From NCBI GenBank assembly GCA_963674695.2, contig CAXXGI010000003.1, positions 896,001-960,000 on the forward strand: a stretch of 64,000 nt of DNA, read 5' to 3'. This document shows positions 10,466 through 19,735 of this stretch, piece by piece (the stretch's first letter is position 1; every line of letters begins with the position of its first letter). A program made the translations under genes and the position numbers. This stretch comes from a bacterium. GTDB taxonomy: Bacteria > UBA10199 > 2-02-FULL-44-16 > JAAZCA01. The notes beneath the pieces were generated by a model. That model searched no databases. It saw nothing but the letters and a program-made list of their open reading frames with translations, and was not told the DNA's origin.

Positions 10466-12051
10466 CCCTCCACCTGCTTCTTCAATTCCTCGATCACACG
10501 CCTCTGCTCGTCCAATTCCTTTGAGAGCTGACCCACCCGCTCCTCGCTCTCGGCAAGGACGTGACGAAGGCGAACGCCTTCCGTCACGTCCGTATCCACC
10601 CCGCGATAGCCGAGCAACGTATCCGACCTCCCCAGGATCGGCACCCCATTCGTCTCGAGATAGACGATCGAGCCATCCCGATGAACGTTCCGGTTGAGAT
10701 ACCGATGAATCGGCTCGCGGCGCTCAAATGCCTCAAACGCCCCTCCCCGAAGGGAATCACGCGCATCCGCATCGAAGAATTCATAGAACGCGCGTTTGCC
10801 GACAAGTTCTTCCGGACGATATCCAAGGATGCGCTCGACGACCGCGTTGGAATAGGTATAGACCCCACGCGCATCGACCTCCCAGATCCACTCTTCGGCA
10901 CATTCAGCAACCTCTTCGAAACGCCGCTTACTCTCCCGCAGCGCTTCATCGATGCGGCGTTGATCGGTGATATCGCGCGCTATCGAGAGAACCGCAGGAA
11001 CCCCTTCATATTCGATGAGACTCACCGAGAGCTCAATTGGAATAACCTCGCCCCCCTTGGTGCGATGCTCCGCCTCAAAAACCGCCCATCCTTTTTTTCG
11101 CAGTTCCTCCACGCGGGCATCGTATAGCGCAGCGTCGGTCGATGTATCGAGCTGCGCCGAAGTCATATTCATCAACTCTTCATGAGAGTAACCCAACTGT
11201 TCACACGCTACGCGATTCACCTCGAGCATACGACCGTTCAACTCATTGATGAAAAAGGCATCGCTGGCATGATCGAATACTGCTCGGAATGTGCGCTCCG
11301 CCCCTTTGAGCTGGAGATCAGCGCGTTTACGGGAAAAGAGATCCGGAATCTCATACGCCTTCACGCGCGCAGCCAGCTCCGGCGCCCCATGCACATAGTC
11401 ACGAATGCGCGCTTCGATCCTATCGGACGACGCCATAATGAACCGACAACACTCATCTCCGCGGGCCCGGCACAGGATCTCGCTGGCCACAAGCGACATT
11501 CCAAAACTCTCTGAGGACCAACCGGAGGAGTAGCCCGCATTCATGATACAGATGGGATATTCCGCATGGCGACTCTGGCGCACCCACGCATCCGCCTCGA
11601 ACGAATAGGGATGATCGTAAATGATACAGAACTCTTCACCCGGCGTGAGGTTCGATTCGGGATGGATGTCGACCAGGGCCCAGCCGCAATAGGCGAAATG
11701 CACCGGCCCCGCCGAAAGACGCGAGACAGGATCGCGAAGATTCATCCGGTCGTGAAAGCGGCGGGCATCGGCCCGGCCGATCGCATGCGCCAGGTCAAAG
11801 AGCATGTTGCGCGCAAAGGCATCGGCCTGCGATTTCTGCGCCGTATCGAAGAGCGACTCGATCAGATCAAAGAACTCGACCGCAAGGGACGCCGCTCGCA
11901 CCAGAACGTAGCGCTCGCCAGCGATCTCGATCATTCCTTTTTCGGGATGTCGGGAAAAACCCTCAAAATAGGATGAGACGACTTCTTTGGCCTTGGCCGA
12001 TGCCGCCTCCATCCCAACGGGCACAAACACGGTCTTTGGCTGCATCCGCAT
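10462..12051 (-). CDS. XylR_N/V4R domain + two PAS domains, no output domain
   Basis: GMIEIAGERYVLVRA...SFEA...PICIMNAGYSSGWSSESFG...EILCRARGDECCRF (V4R Cys/Glu pattern), two PAS, short terminal coiled coil. Confidence 0.88.
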   Translation of the reverse strand: MRMQPKTVFVPVGMEAASAKAKEVVSSYFEGFSRHPEKGMIEIAGERYVLVRAASLAVEFFDLIESLFDTAQKSQADAFARNMLFDLAHAIGRADARRFHDRMNLRDPVSRLSAGPVHFAYCGWALVDIHPESNLTPGEEFCIIYDHPYSFEADAWVRQSRHAEYPICIMNAGYSSGWSSESFGMSLVASEILCRARGDECCRFIMASSDRIEARIRDYVHGAPELAARVKAYEIPDLFSRKRADLQLKGAERTFRAVFDHASDAFFINELNGRMLEVNRVACEQLGYSHEELMNMTSAQLDTSTDAALYDARVEELRKKGWAVFEAEHRTKGGEVIPIELSVSLIEYEGVPAVLSIARDITDQRRIDEALRESKRRFEEVAECAEEWIWEVDARGVYTYSNAVVERILGYRPEELVGKRAFYEFFDADARDSLRGGAFEAFERREPIHRYLNRNVHRDGSIVYLETNGVPILGRSDTLLGYRGVDTDVTEGVRLRHVLAESEERVGQLSKELDEQRRVIEELKKQVEG

Positions 12052-12063
12052 CCCCCTGTCACC

Positions 12064-14061
12064 TCATGCAATAGAAAATTCATCCGGAGAATCTTCCGAC
12101 GACTCAGTCGGCCCTTCACGCGGAAGCGTCACGACAAAGGCACTGCCCTGACCCGGCTCGCTCTCAAGACGGATCGTTCCATCGTGGCGATGGGCAATCT
12201 CTTTGCAGATGGCCAGGCCCAGACCCAACCCCTTTGCCCCCGGACCGTACTCGCGTCCAACCTGTTGAAACCGTTCAAAGACCGTCTCCTGATATTCGGC
12301 GGGAACGCCGATACCGTTATCGGCGACACGCAGTTCGACCCAATCCGGGCTATCGCTGACGGAGAGAATAACACTCCCCCCTTCCGCCGTAAATTTTATC
12401 GCGTTATCCAGGAGATTGACCAGCAGCTGATGCAGACGACGCGGATCGGCGCGGAAATGAGCATCGCTGATCTCTTGACGCACCTGAAACGACCTATTGT
12501 TCTGTCGCATGATGGGACGATAGACCTCGCTGATCGCCGACACCAGGTCCATGAGCGAGGTCTGTTCGAGACGGAGCTGAAAACCACCGCGGCTCAACCG
12601 GGAATATTCCAGGAGTTCTTCGATCAAGATCTCCAATCGTTTCACGCTCTTGTTAGCACGAATCATGCCATGCTGCAGACGATCGCCCAATTTCCCCATC
12701 ACCCCCGCATCGGCATTGGAGAAAAAAAGTTTGATCAGCGCCAACGGCGTGCGCAGCTCGTGCGAAACCGTCGAGATGAGGTCGTCCTTGGCGCGATCGA
12801 GCTCGCGCACATGCGTCACATCGATGAGCGTGATCAGGGCACCACCGATGCGCTCGTCATTGACGATCGGAATGACGCTCAGGCGCAGGATCATGAGCGG
12901 CGCGCGCTCGATGACCAGATCGGTTGCCAGTGGCTCGACACGCTCAAACGCTGATTCGAGAACCACTTCGTTTGGAAACCAGTCGCAGTCATCCAAAACG
13001 GCTCGTGTAATCGCCACCTCACCCTTGAGCCCCAACATGCGCACCGCCGCCGGGTTTGACAACACCACCTCGCCGTGCCTGTCGAGCAGGACGATCCCCT
13101 CCATCATCACGGAGGCGGCCGTCTGAAACCGCTGCCGTTCCGCCTCGATCTCACGACGGGTTTCCTCCACATCCTCGAGCATGGACAGCACCGCCCGACT
13201 GCGCTCGTCGAGTGCACTCACCGACTTTTCGATCTCCTGCGCTGCGTGTTTGGCCGCGTACTCCGCCTGCTTCCGCGCGGTGACATCCACTCCCATTCCA
13301 ATGAGATAGGGCGCGCCATCCATCATCGTTCGCTTTCCGGTAAGGAGATAGGTCCGTCGTTCACCGGAGAATAGACGCACATCGGCCTCGACGGAGGCTT
13401 CCCCCTTTTCAAACACTTCTCCTATTCGTTCGCGAATGAGTTCGCGATCTTCCTCAACAACGATGGAGAGCGGCCCAACGGAAAAAAGCTCCTCTCGGGA
13501 CAAGCCCGTCACCGATTCCATGGTGTGATTGAAACGAACAAAGGCACCCTGCTCATCGATGACGTAGGTCATGCCCGGCATATGCTCGAAGATCGATTGC
13601 GCAAATGATTGTTCGCGCAGCATCGCCCGTTGCACCTCGCACTGCCGAATAAAGCGCGCCAGGTGCAAAGCGACGGCATCGATCAGGTGGCGCTCTTCCT
13701 CTAAGAAGGGACCTTCGAAAAACTGCGGGCGCGCTTCGGTATAGAAGACCTCGACGCGACCGACCTCCTCGCCGGAAACGCGCACAGGTGCTCCCATGCT
13801 CCAGGACCCCTCACAAAACCCCGGCGACTCATAAACGGCGTCTCCAATCCGGATGCGCGCCGTCGCCACCTCCGGATACTGCCACGCCGGGGGAAGAAGC
13901 TCGACGACGCGCTGACATATCGACGAGGCATCGCCCTCAGCCACATTGATGATTGTGGAGATCTCATACAGACATTGCAGCCCCTTGAGACGCTCCTCGG
14001 TCGGGTCGCGCGGAACTCCAACCCCCTTCTGTCTGTGCCCCTTATCGTTCGACATCATCAC
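12064..14061 (-). CDS. GAF-like + PAS sensor histidine kinase (canonical HisKA)
   Basis: LQCLYEIS...LPPAWQYPE...GPFLEEE GAF-like module, PAS, RSRAVLSMLEDVEETR linker, PAS, SHELRTPL, NLLDNAIKF, DNGIG, GLGLGL. Confidence 0.93.
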   Translation of the reverse strand: MMMSNDKGHRQKGVGVPRDPTEERLKGLQCLYEISTIINVAEGDASSICQRVVELLPPAWQYPEVATARIRIGDAVYESPGFCEGSWSMGAPVRVSGEEVGRVEVFYTEARPQFFEGPFLEEERHLIDAVALHLARFIRQCEVQRAMLREQSFAQSIFEHMPGMTYVIDEQGAFVRFNHTMESVTGLSREELFSVGPLSIVVEEDRELIRERIGEVFEKGEASVEADVRLFSGERRTYLLTGKRTMMDGAPYLIGMGVDVTARKQAEYAAKHAAQEIEKSVSALDERSRAVLSMLEDVEETRREIEAERQRFQTAASVMMEGIVLLDRHGEVVLSNPAAVRMLGLKGEVAITRAVLDDCDWFPNEVVLESAFERVEPLATDLVIERAPLMILRLSVIPIVNDERIGGALITLIDVTHVRELDRAKDDLISTVSHELRTPLALIKLFFSNADAGVMGKLGDRLQHGMIRANKSVKRLEILIEELLEYSRLSRGGFQLRLEQTSLMDLVSAISEVYRPIMRQNNRSFQVRQEISDAHFRADPRRLHQLLVNLLDNAIKFTAEGGSVILSVSDSPDWVELRVADNGIGVPAEYQETVFERFQQVGREYGPGAKGLGLGLAICKEIAHRHDGTIRLESEPGQGSAFVVTLPREGPTESSEDSPDEFSIA

Positions 14062-14429
14062 CCCCGAGCAGAACGGATCATCTCCAACAGCTCATCCATC
14101 TCGAAGGGTTTGCGAATGAAAGGCGCATCGCCGATAAAATCGCGTTCCTCCTTGGAGAGCAGCCTACCGAAGGCGGTCACGATGATGACGGGGAGTTTTT
14201 TCAGCGCCTCGTCCGCCTGCATCTCTTCATAGACGCGAAAGCCGTCCTTGCCCGGCATCATGATATCGAGCAGAACGCCGTCGAGCTGCTGTTCGCGCAT
14301 GATGGCCAACCCGGCATCCCCATCGTTGGCCTCGATCACCTCGTACCCCTCGAACTCGAGGCGGGTGCGCAGACTGTCGACAAAATCGCGTTCATCATCG
14401 ATGACCAGCAGCTTCTTCATATCCGGCAT
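14058..14429 (-). CDS. Single-domain response regulator
   Basis: VIDDE, LLDIMMPGKDG, IVTA, IRKPF. Confidence 0.93.
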   Translation of the reverse strand: MPDMKKLLVIDDERDFVDSLRTRLEFEGYEVIEANDGDAGLAIMREQQLDGVLLDIMMPGKDGFRVYEEMQADEALKKLPVIIVTAFGRLLSKEERDFIGDAPFIRKPFEMDELLEMIRSARG

Positions 14430-14466
14430 GGGATCCTCCTGCGAAAAAGGGTTATGGCAATAGGCA

Positions 14467-16854
14467 TCACACGGTAAAACGCCTGGGTTTGCCCTGGTCT
14501 TCCAACAGCCGATTGATCTCGTCCTTGAGCTGGATGATGCGCTGCTCGCGGCCGACCATGAACTGGTTGAGGCGCTCGATGTAGGTCATCTTGTTCTTGA
14601 GCTCCTCTTCGGCGCGATGCTCTTTGGTCACGTCGCGCCCGATCGCCGAAACGCCGACGATGGCGCCGCGTTCGTCCCGGATGGCCGAGAAGGTCAGCGA
14701 TACGGTGATGACCACCCCATCCTTGCGCCGACGCTCGGTGATGAAGTGATCGATCGCACGCCCCTGACGCAGCTTTCCCAACAGCCCCTGGAGTTCGTCT
14801 TCGCGCCCCTCCGGAAGGAGGATCGAGATGGAACGGCCGAGGACCTCCTCGGCGCTGTAGCCGTAGATGCGCTCGGCTCCCTTGTTCCAACTGGTGATCG
14901 TGCCGTCGAGCGTCTTGCCGATGATGGCGTCGCTGGAGCTGGCGACGATCGCGGAGAGCCGTCGCATCTCCAGCTCCCACCGCTTGCGTTCGGTGATGTC
15001 GGTGATCGCGCCGATGATCCCGGCGATGTGCCCCTGGGCATCGGCGAAGGTCGATTTGTGAAAGAGGACATCGCGGACCGATCCGCCGTCGCCGACGACC
15101 CGGAACTCGTACTCCTGCACGCCGGGGTCGGCGAAGAGCGCCTCGTCCATGACGTGGTAACGGTCGGCCTCCTCTTTGGGGGCAATATCATAGACCGTCT
15201 TGCCGACGATCTCGTCGCGTGAACGACCGAAGAACTCCTCGAACTTTCGGTTGCACCCGACATAGCGATACTCGGTATCCTTGTAGAAGACCGGCAGGGG
15301 AACGGCATCGAGCATCGTCCGTATGAACAGGAGCTGATCGGCCAGGAAATCCTCGATCTGTTTCTGATCGGTGATATCCTGAATCGCCCCCCACACGCGC
15401 ACGGTGCGACCGTCGCGGCGGTCGGCCTGGCCCATCGCGCGCACCCAGCGATGGTTTCCCGCCGCAGTCACGAAGGGCAGCTTCAGATCGTAGGGCAACC
15501 CCTCGTCGATGGCCGCGGTCAGGGCCGCCTCGATCAACGGACGCGCCTCCTCGGGAAAGAAAGAGAGCCCGTCGTCGACGGTGGGATTGAAATCAGGACC
15601 CACCTCGTGAAGGCGATAGGTCTCATCGGTCCAGACCTGCTCTCGGGTATCCACGTCGAAGGCCCAACCGCCGATATGCGCCATCCGCCCGGTCTGGGCC
15701 AGAAGCGCCTGGCTCTGCGCCAGCTCCGCACGGGCCGATTCCTGCACGCTGACGTCGCGCACCGAGGCGATGATGAGCGCTCCCGCTGCGGTCTGAAAGG
15801 AAGAGAGAATGATCTCGACGGGAAAGATCGTGCCATCCTTGCGCCGATGTACGGTCTCGATCATATGGCGTTGTCCATCCTCGCGCGACGACGATGTGAT
15901 GACGCGATCGAACTCCGCTTCGAGCTCTTCGCGTGTCAGGAGCGGCTTGATGTCCTGCGGTCCCATCCGCAGCAGCTCATCGTGGCTGTAGCCCGTGCTC
16001 ACGCAAGCCGTTGCGTTCATATCGACAAACCGCATCGTCTTGCGGTCGATAAGGAAGAGGCTGTCGGCCGATCCATCGAGGGCGGCGCGAAAACGCTTCA
16101 GATCATCCTCTAACCTCCGCGCCTCGGTGCTGTCCTCCTTGATGGCGATGAAGTGCTCGATGCGCCCGGATTGACCCTTGACCGGCGAGATAAGCGCACT
16201 CTCCCAGTAGAGCGTGCCGTCCTTGCGCTTATTATGAAATTCGCCCCGCCACTCGCGCCCCGCGTTGATCGTCTCCCAGAGGAGATGGTATTCCTCGGGC
16301 GGAAGCTCACCAGATTTGAGGATCCGCGGATTCTGTCCGACGGCCTCCTCTGCCGTATACCCTGTGACTTCAACAAATTTGCGATTGACGTATTCGATGG
16401 TGCCGGTGGGATCGGTGACGACGACGATGGCCGGCCCCTGCTCGATGGCGTGCGCCAACAGCTGCAGGCGCCCCTCGACCACACGGCGCGTACCGCGCTC
16501 GCCCTGATATTTCTCGACGAGCGACCAGAGCACGCGCGCCATATTACCGGCGATGAGGTCGCACGCCTCGGGTTTTTCGCGCTGCAACTGCGCATGCACC
16601 CCCTCAACGCCCGTCACGTCGATGATGATATCGATGGGAATGGTGCCAAAGAAGGGAGCCCAACTCGCCTCGGTGCGAATGCCCTTGTCGCGGGCAAATG
16701 CGAGCGCCGGCGCATCCGGGCGGGTGTCAACGATGCCGGCGATGTGCACATCGGCGGTGCGGGAAAAGATGTCGAGCATGGCTCGGCCGCCCTGGCCGCC
16801 GCCGACGATGAGAAGATGGATGCGATCCCCCATGGTCCCCCCTTGTCGCATCAA
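14467..16854 (-). CDS. Rossmann-fold N-terminal domain + five PAS domains, no kinase domain, coiled-coil tail
   Basis: N-terminal LLIVGGGQGG (GxGxxG)...IDIIIDVTG; five PAS/PAC units; ends ERLNQFMVGREQRIIQLKDEINRLLEDQGKPRRF. Start may be MGDRI, a few codons in. Confidence 0.88.
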   Translation of the reverse strand: MMRQGGTMGDRIHLLIVGGGQGGRAMLDIFSRTADVHIAGIVDTRPDAPALAFARDKGIRTEASWAPFFGTIPIDIIIDVTGVEGVHAQLQREKPEACDLIAGNMARVLWSLVEKYQGERGTRRVVEGRLQLLAHAIEQGPAIVVVTDPTGTIEYVNRKFVEVTGYTAEEAVGQNPRILKSGELPPEEYHLLWETINAGREWRGEFHNKRKDGTLYWESALISPVKGQSGRIEHFIAIKEDSTEARRLEDDLKRFRAALDGSADSLFLIDRKTMRFVDMNATACVSTGYSHDELLRMGPQDIKPLLTREELEAEFDRVITSSSREDGQRHMIETVHRRKDGTIFPVEIILSSFQTAAGALIIASVRDVSVQESARAELAQSQALLAQTGRMAHIGGWAFDVDTREQVWTDETYRLHEVGPDFNPTVDDGLSFFPEEARPLIEAALTAAIDEGLPYDLKLPFVTAAGNHRWVRAMGQADRRDGRTVRVWGAIQDITDQKQIEDFLADQLLFIRTMLDAVPLPVFYKDTEYRYVGCNRKFEEFFGRSRDEIVGKTVYDIAPKEEADRYHVMDEALFADPGVQEYEFRVVGDGGSVRDVLFHKSTFADAQGHIAGIIGAITDITERKRWELEMRRLSAIVASSSDAIIGKTLDGTITSWNKGAERIYGYSAEEVLGRSISILLPEGREDELQGLLGKLRQGRAIDHFITERRRKDGVVITVSLTFSAIRDERGAIVGVSAIGRDVTKEHRAEEELKNKMTYIERLNQFMVGREQRIIQLKDEINRLLEDQGKPRRFTV

Positions 16855-17095
16855 AGACAGAATTGAAATTTACCATGAAGTGGGCGGCGAGTCACGCACG
16901 AGACACAAAAAAACGGGGGAAAACAGCGGGTTTCACACCAAAGAGACGCGCCTTTGTAATATATTTCTATTAGAACTAATATATCATTATCTACTGTCTA
17001 TTAGAACAGTATTCGAGCGCCAAATAGTTTCTCGGCGCGTCGGAATCTTGTCCCCTCCCGGCATTTATGCCAGTATGCGCCACAGGAGGAACACC

Positions 17096-17497
17096 ATGCA
17101 GCCAGCAACGGACGGTCATCACCTTCCCATCGGATACCTCTACTGGATCTTCGGGTTCATGGGGGCACACCGCTTCTACTATGGGCGCCCCGTCACCGGG
17201 ACGATCTGGTTCTTCACGCTCGGGCTCTTCTTCATCGGATGGATCGTCGATCTCTTCCTCATCCCCTCCATGGACCGCGAGGCCGAGCAGCGCTTCACGC
17301 CGGGCCCGATCGACTATACGATCGCCTGGGTGCTGCTCACCTTTCTGGGAGTCTTGGGGATTCACCGCTTCTACATGGGCAAGTGGGTGACCGGGCTCAT
17401 CTGGCTCTGCACCGGCGGGGGTTTTCTCATCGGCGTCCTCTACGACTATTGGACGCTCAACGACCAGATCGATGAACTCAACGCCGGGAAGGCGTGA
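17096..17497 (+). CDS. TM2-domain membrane protein (two TM2 repeats)
   Basis: SD AGGAGG then ATG 17096; GFMGAHRFYYG and GVLGIHRFYMGK motifs. The track ORF from 16553 is over-extended. Confidence 0.88.
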   Translation: MQPATDGHHLPIGYLYWIFGFMGAHRFYYGRPVTGTIWFFTLGLFFIGWIVDLFLIPSMDREAEQRFTPGPIDYTIAWVLLTFLGVLGIHRFYMGKWVTGLIWLCTGGGFLIGVLYDYWTLNDQIDELNAGKA

Positions 17498-17660
17498 GGG
17501 TGATGACACCCCCTGTTGCTGTCATCCCCGCCCCCGATTCAATCATTCGGGGGCAGGCTCCAGCGGGGATCTCGATGTACACTGACAATCGAGATTCCCG
17601 CCTTCGCGGGAATGACACCCCCTGTTGATGACAAAACCGATAGGCTGTCATCACGCTCAC
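17494..17660. repeat. REP-like palindromic element/MITE copy A, with 15-bp terminal inverted repeat
   Basis: Ends GTGAGGGTGATGACA / TGTCATCACGCTCAC (14/15). Internal GTCATCCCCGC...GCGGGGATCTC and GAGATTCCCGCCTTCGCGGGAATGAC. Fills the gap between two convergent stop codons. Confidence 0.75.
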
Positions 17661-18466
17661 TACTTCCGTTTCTTTTTTCTCTTCTTTGCGCGCTTGGACT
17701 TGCGGGGTTTCTTCGGCTCCGGTTTTTGCTCTGGAATCTTCTCGAGTGCCTTGAGTGCCGCCTCGCTATAATCGAGGCGTTCAGAATGCGCGAGTTTTTC
17801 CAGCGCCGGACGCGCGCGAACGGCCTCTGGCCCAAAAGCGCCGAGCGTACGAATGGCCTGGACGACCTCGACCTGGTCCTGTGCTTTGAGCATCTTCATG
17901 AGGGCGGATACCGAAAGGGCTATGTGTCCCTGTGGGAGCTCCCCCCGCTGGGCCAGCGTCATCAGGATATTGGCCGTTGAAATTCGCAGATCAAGCGTCT
18001 CTCCCCGACGAAGCTCGCGAACCGCCGTCCCCATCAAGGCATCGCGATCGGGATGATTCAGCAAAAGACCCATCGCTTCGCGCCGCTCGAGGATCGAACC
18101 GCTTCGAATTTTTTTAAAAAGCGCGCGCGGCGTTGGAAAATCGTTTTTCGTCCGCTGGGCATCGCCCCCCCTTTCCGATGGACTCGAAACCGAACGTGGA
18201 TTCCTCTGTCGAAAAGCAGCGGCGTATCTGTCGCTCGAGGCATAATCAAACGTCTTGTTCACACAGAGCGAAAACTGCACATAGCGCGTATCCTTTCCAT
18301 CGGGCGATGTGACCTGGTAGACGGGTTTGTCCTCACCTTCGGCCTTGTCCCGTTTCTCATAACACGTGGTAAGACTCTGTTCACAGTACGCCTGCCGCCC
18401 GAGGCCATCGGTCATCGTGGCATAGAGTTGGCAGCGCGCCTTGATCTCGGTTGCATAATCGCTCAT
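17660..18466 (-). CDS. Hypothetical protein with C-terminal HEAT repeats and basic tail
   Basis: SD GGGAGGG before MSDYATE; ALMKML...VQAIRTLGAFGPEAVRARPALEKLA is HEAT-like. Confidence 0.7.
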   Translation of the reverse strand: MSDYATEIKARCQLYATMTDGLGRQAYCEQSLTTCYEKRDKAEGEDKPVYQVTSPDGKDTRYVQFSLCVNKTFDYASSDRYAAAFRQRNPRSVSSPSERGGDAQRTKNDFPTPRALFKKIRSGSILERREAMGLLLNHPDRDALMGTAVRELRRGETLDLRISTANILMTLAQRGELPQGHIALSVSALMKMLKAQDQVEVVQAIRTLGAFGPEAVRARPALEKLAHSERLDYSEAALKALEKIPEQKPEPKKPRKSKRAKKRKKKRK

Positions 18467-18652
18467 GAATTCCCTCCCGAAATGGATGTACCGGTTCCTT
18501 ATCGCTCGCCGGAGGAAATTGTTTCGCGTTATTTTACAAGAGGTTGCAACAATATTGATTTGTCCGGCGATCGTAGAATGACGCTTCCAATAGCCCTCCA
18601 GAAGAACGCATGCCAACTTGCATCCTCACCGCATGCCATCTATGAACGGGGC

Positions 18653-19138
18653 ATGTCTCCATCTGCCGCAATCGAACGCCATGTCGTTCTCGTGCATCCT
18701 GAGGTGCACTGGAACACCGGCAACGCCGGACGCACCTGCCTCGGCTTCGGCGCACACCTGCACCTGATCGAACCGCTCGGATTTTCCCTGGAGGAGAAAC
18801 AGGTGCGGCGCGCGGGGCTCGACTATTGGGAACTCGTTTCGCTCTCGGTCTGGAAGGATGTTGATGCTTTTTGTTCAGCACTCTCGCCGCAGAAGGACGA
18901 GGTGGCCCTGATCACAAAATATGGAAGCCAGTCGCTGTGGGAAATGCCGCGATCGCCCCGGCAGTTCTTTCTCTTCGGCTCCGAAACGAAAGGCCTACCC
19001 GATTCGATTCGTACCGCGTATCCGGACAACACCTATCGCATCCCGATCACGGATGAAATTCGCTCGCTCAACCTCTCGACCACCGTGGGGATCGTGTTGT
19101 ATGAGCACCTTCGGATGGAGCGGAAACAACTGAAATGA
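18653..19138 (+). CDS. trmL: tRNA (cytidine/uridine(34)-2'-O)-methyltransferase, SPOUT family
   Basis: VVLVHPEVHWNTGNAGRTC, LHLIEPLGF, RRAGLDYW, FGSETKGLP, RSLNLS. Confidence 0.92.
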   Translation: MSPSAAIERHVVLVHPEVHWNTGNAGRTCLGFGAHLHLIEPLGFSLEEKQVRRAGLDYWELVSLSVWKDVDAFCSALSPQKDEVALITKYGSQSLWEMPRSPRQFFLFGSETKGLPDSIRTAYPDNTYRIPITDEIRSLNLSTTVGIVLYEHLRMERKQLK

Positions 19139-19162
19139 GCACAACACTTCAAGGAAACCGAT

Positions 19163-19675
19163 ATGCATAACACGTCCACAAACATTCGAACCTGCCCCAT
19201 TTCCGAACGAACTCGGGCAGAAGAGATCGTGCTTCAGTCCTATGAAGAATATCGCGAGCTGTGCACAAAACCGCTCTGGAAAGATTTCGTGGAAAGCATA
19301 CACGAAGCCCTCTTCTCAGAACAGACCGTGATCTTTCTTGCGCAATACGGCGATACAATTGCGGGGGTCGTCACCCTCGTCATCGGTGACACACCGGGAA
19401 CGCTTGGCGCCCCTCATGAGAGCACCGCTGAAATGCGAATGCTGACCGTTTTACCTCAGTACAGAAAACAGGGGATCGGAAGATCACTCGTGCACAGATG
19501 CCTCGACCATGCACGACAATCTCACATGAAGACGCTTCATCTCTACACAACATCGTACATGAAAGCGGCGATCCGCATGTACGAGGATATGGGCTTTTAT
19601 CGCGACCCCGCTGCCGACTTCACTCCCTTTCCCAACGGCGGCGAAGCGCTCGCATATCGAATGGATGTGGCGTAA
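19163..19675 (+). CDS. GNAT family N-acetyltransferase
   Basis: MLTVLPQYRKQGIGRSL motif A; AIRMYEDMGF. Confidence 0.88.
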   Translation: MHNTSTNIRTCPISERTRAEEIVLQSYEEYRELCTKPLWKDFVESIHEALFSEQTVIFLAQYGDTIAGVVTLVIGDTPGTLGAPHESTAEMRMLTVLPQYRKQGIGRSLVHRCLDHARQSHMKTLHLYTTSYMKAAIRMYEDMGFYRDPAADFTPFPNGGEALAYRMDVA

Positions 19676-19682
19676 ATACAAA

Positions 19683-19712
19683 AAAGCCCCGCGGGCGAAC
19701 CCATGGGGCTTT
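19683..19712. terminator. Bidirectional intrinsic terminator
   Basis: AAAGCCCCGCGGG-CGAA-CCCATGGGGCTTT hairpin between convergent genes. Confidence 0.7.
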
Positions 19713-19735
19713 CTCTCACTAGGGATCAAATCGAA

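Noticed and set aside
834-16866. Long plus-strand ORFs (e.g. 1954-3834, 3904-5127, 5648-6913, 8714-10294)
   Set aside because: Antisense shadows of GC-rich minus-strand genes; no motifs or SD sites
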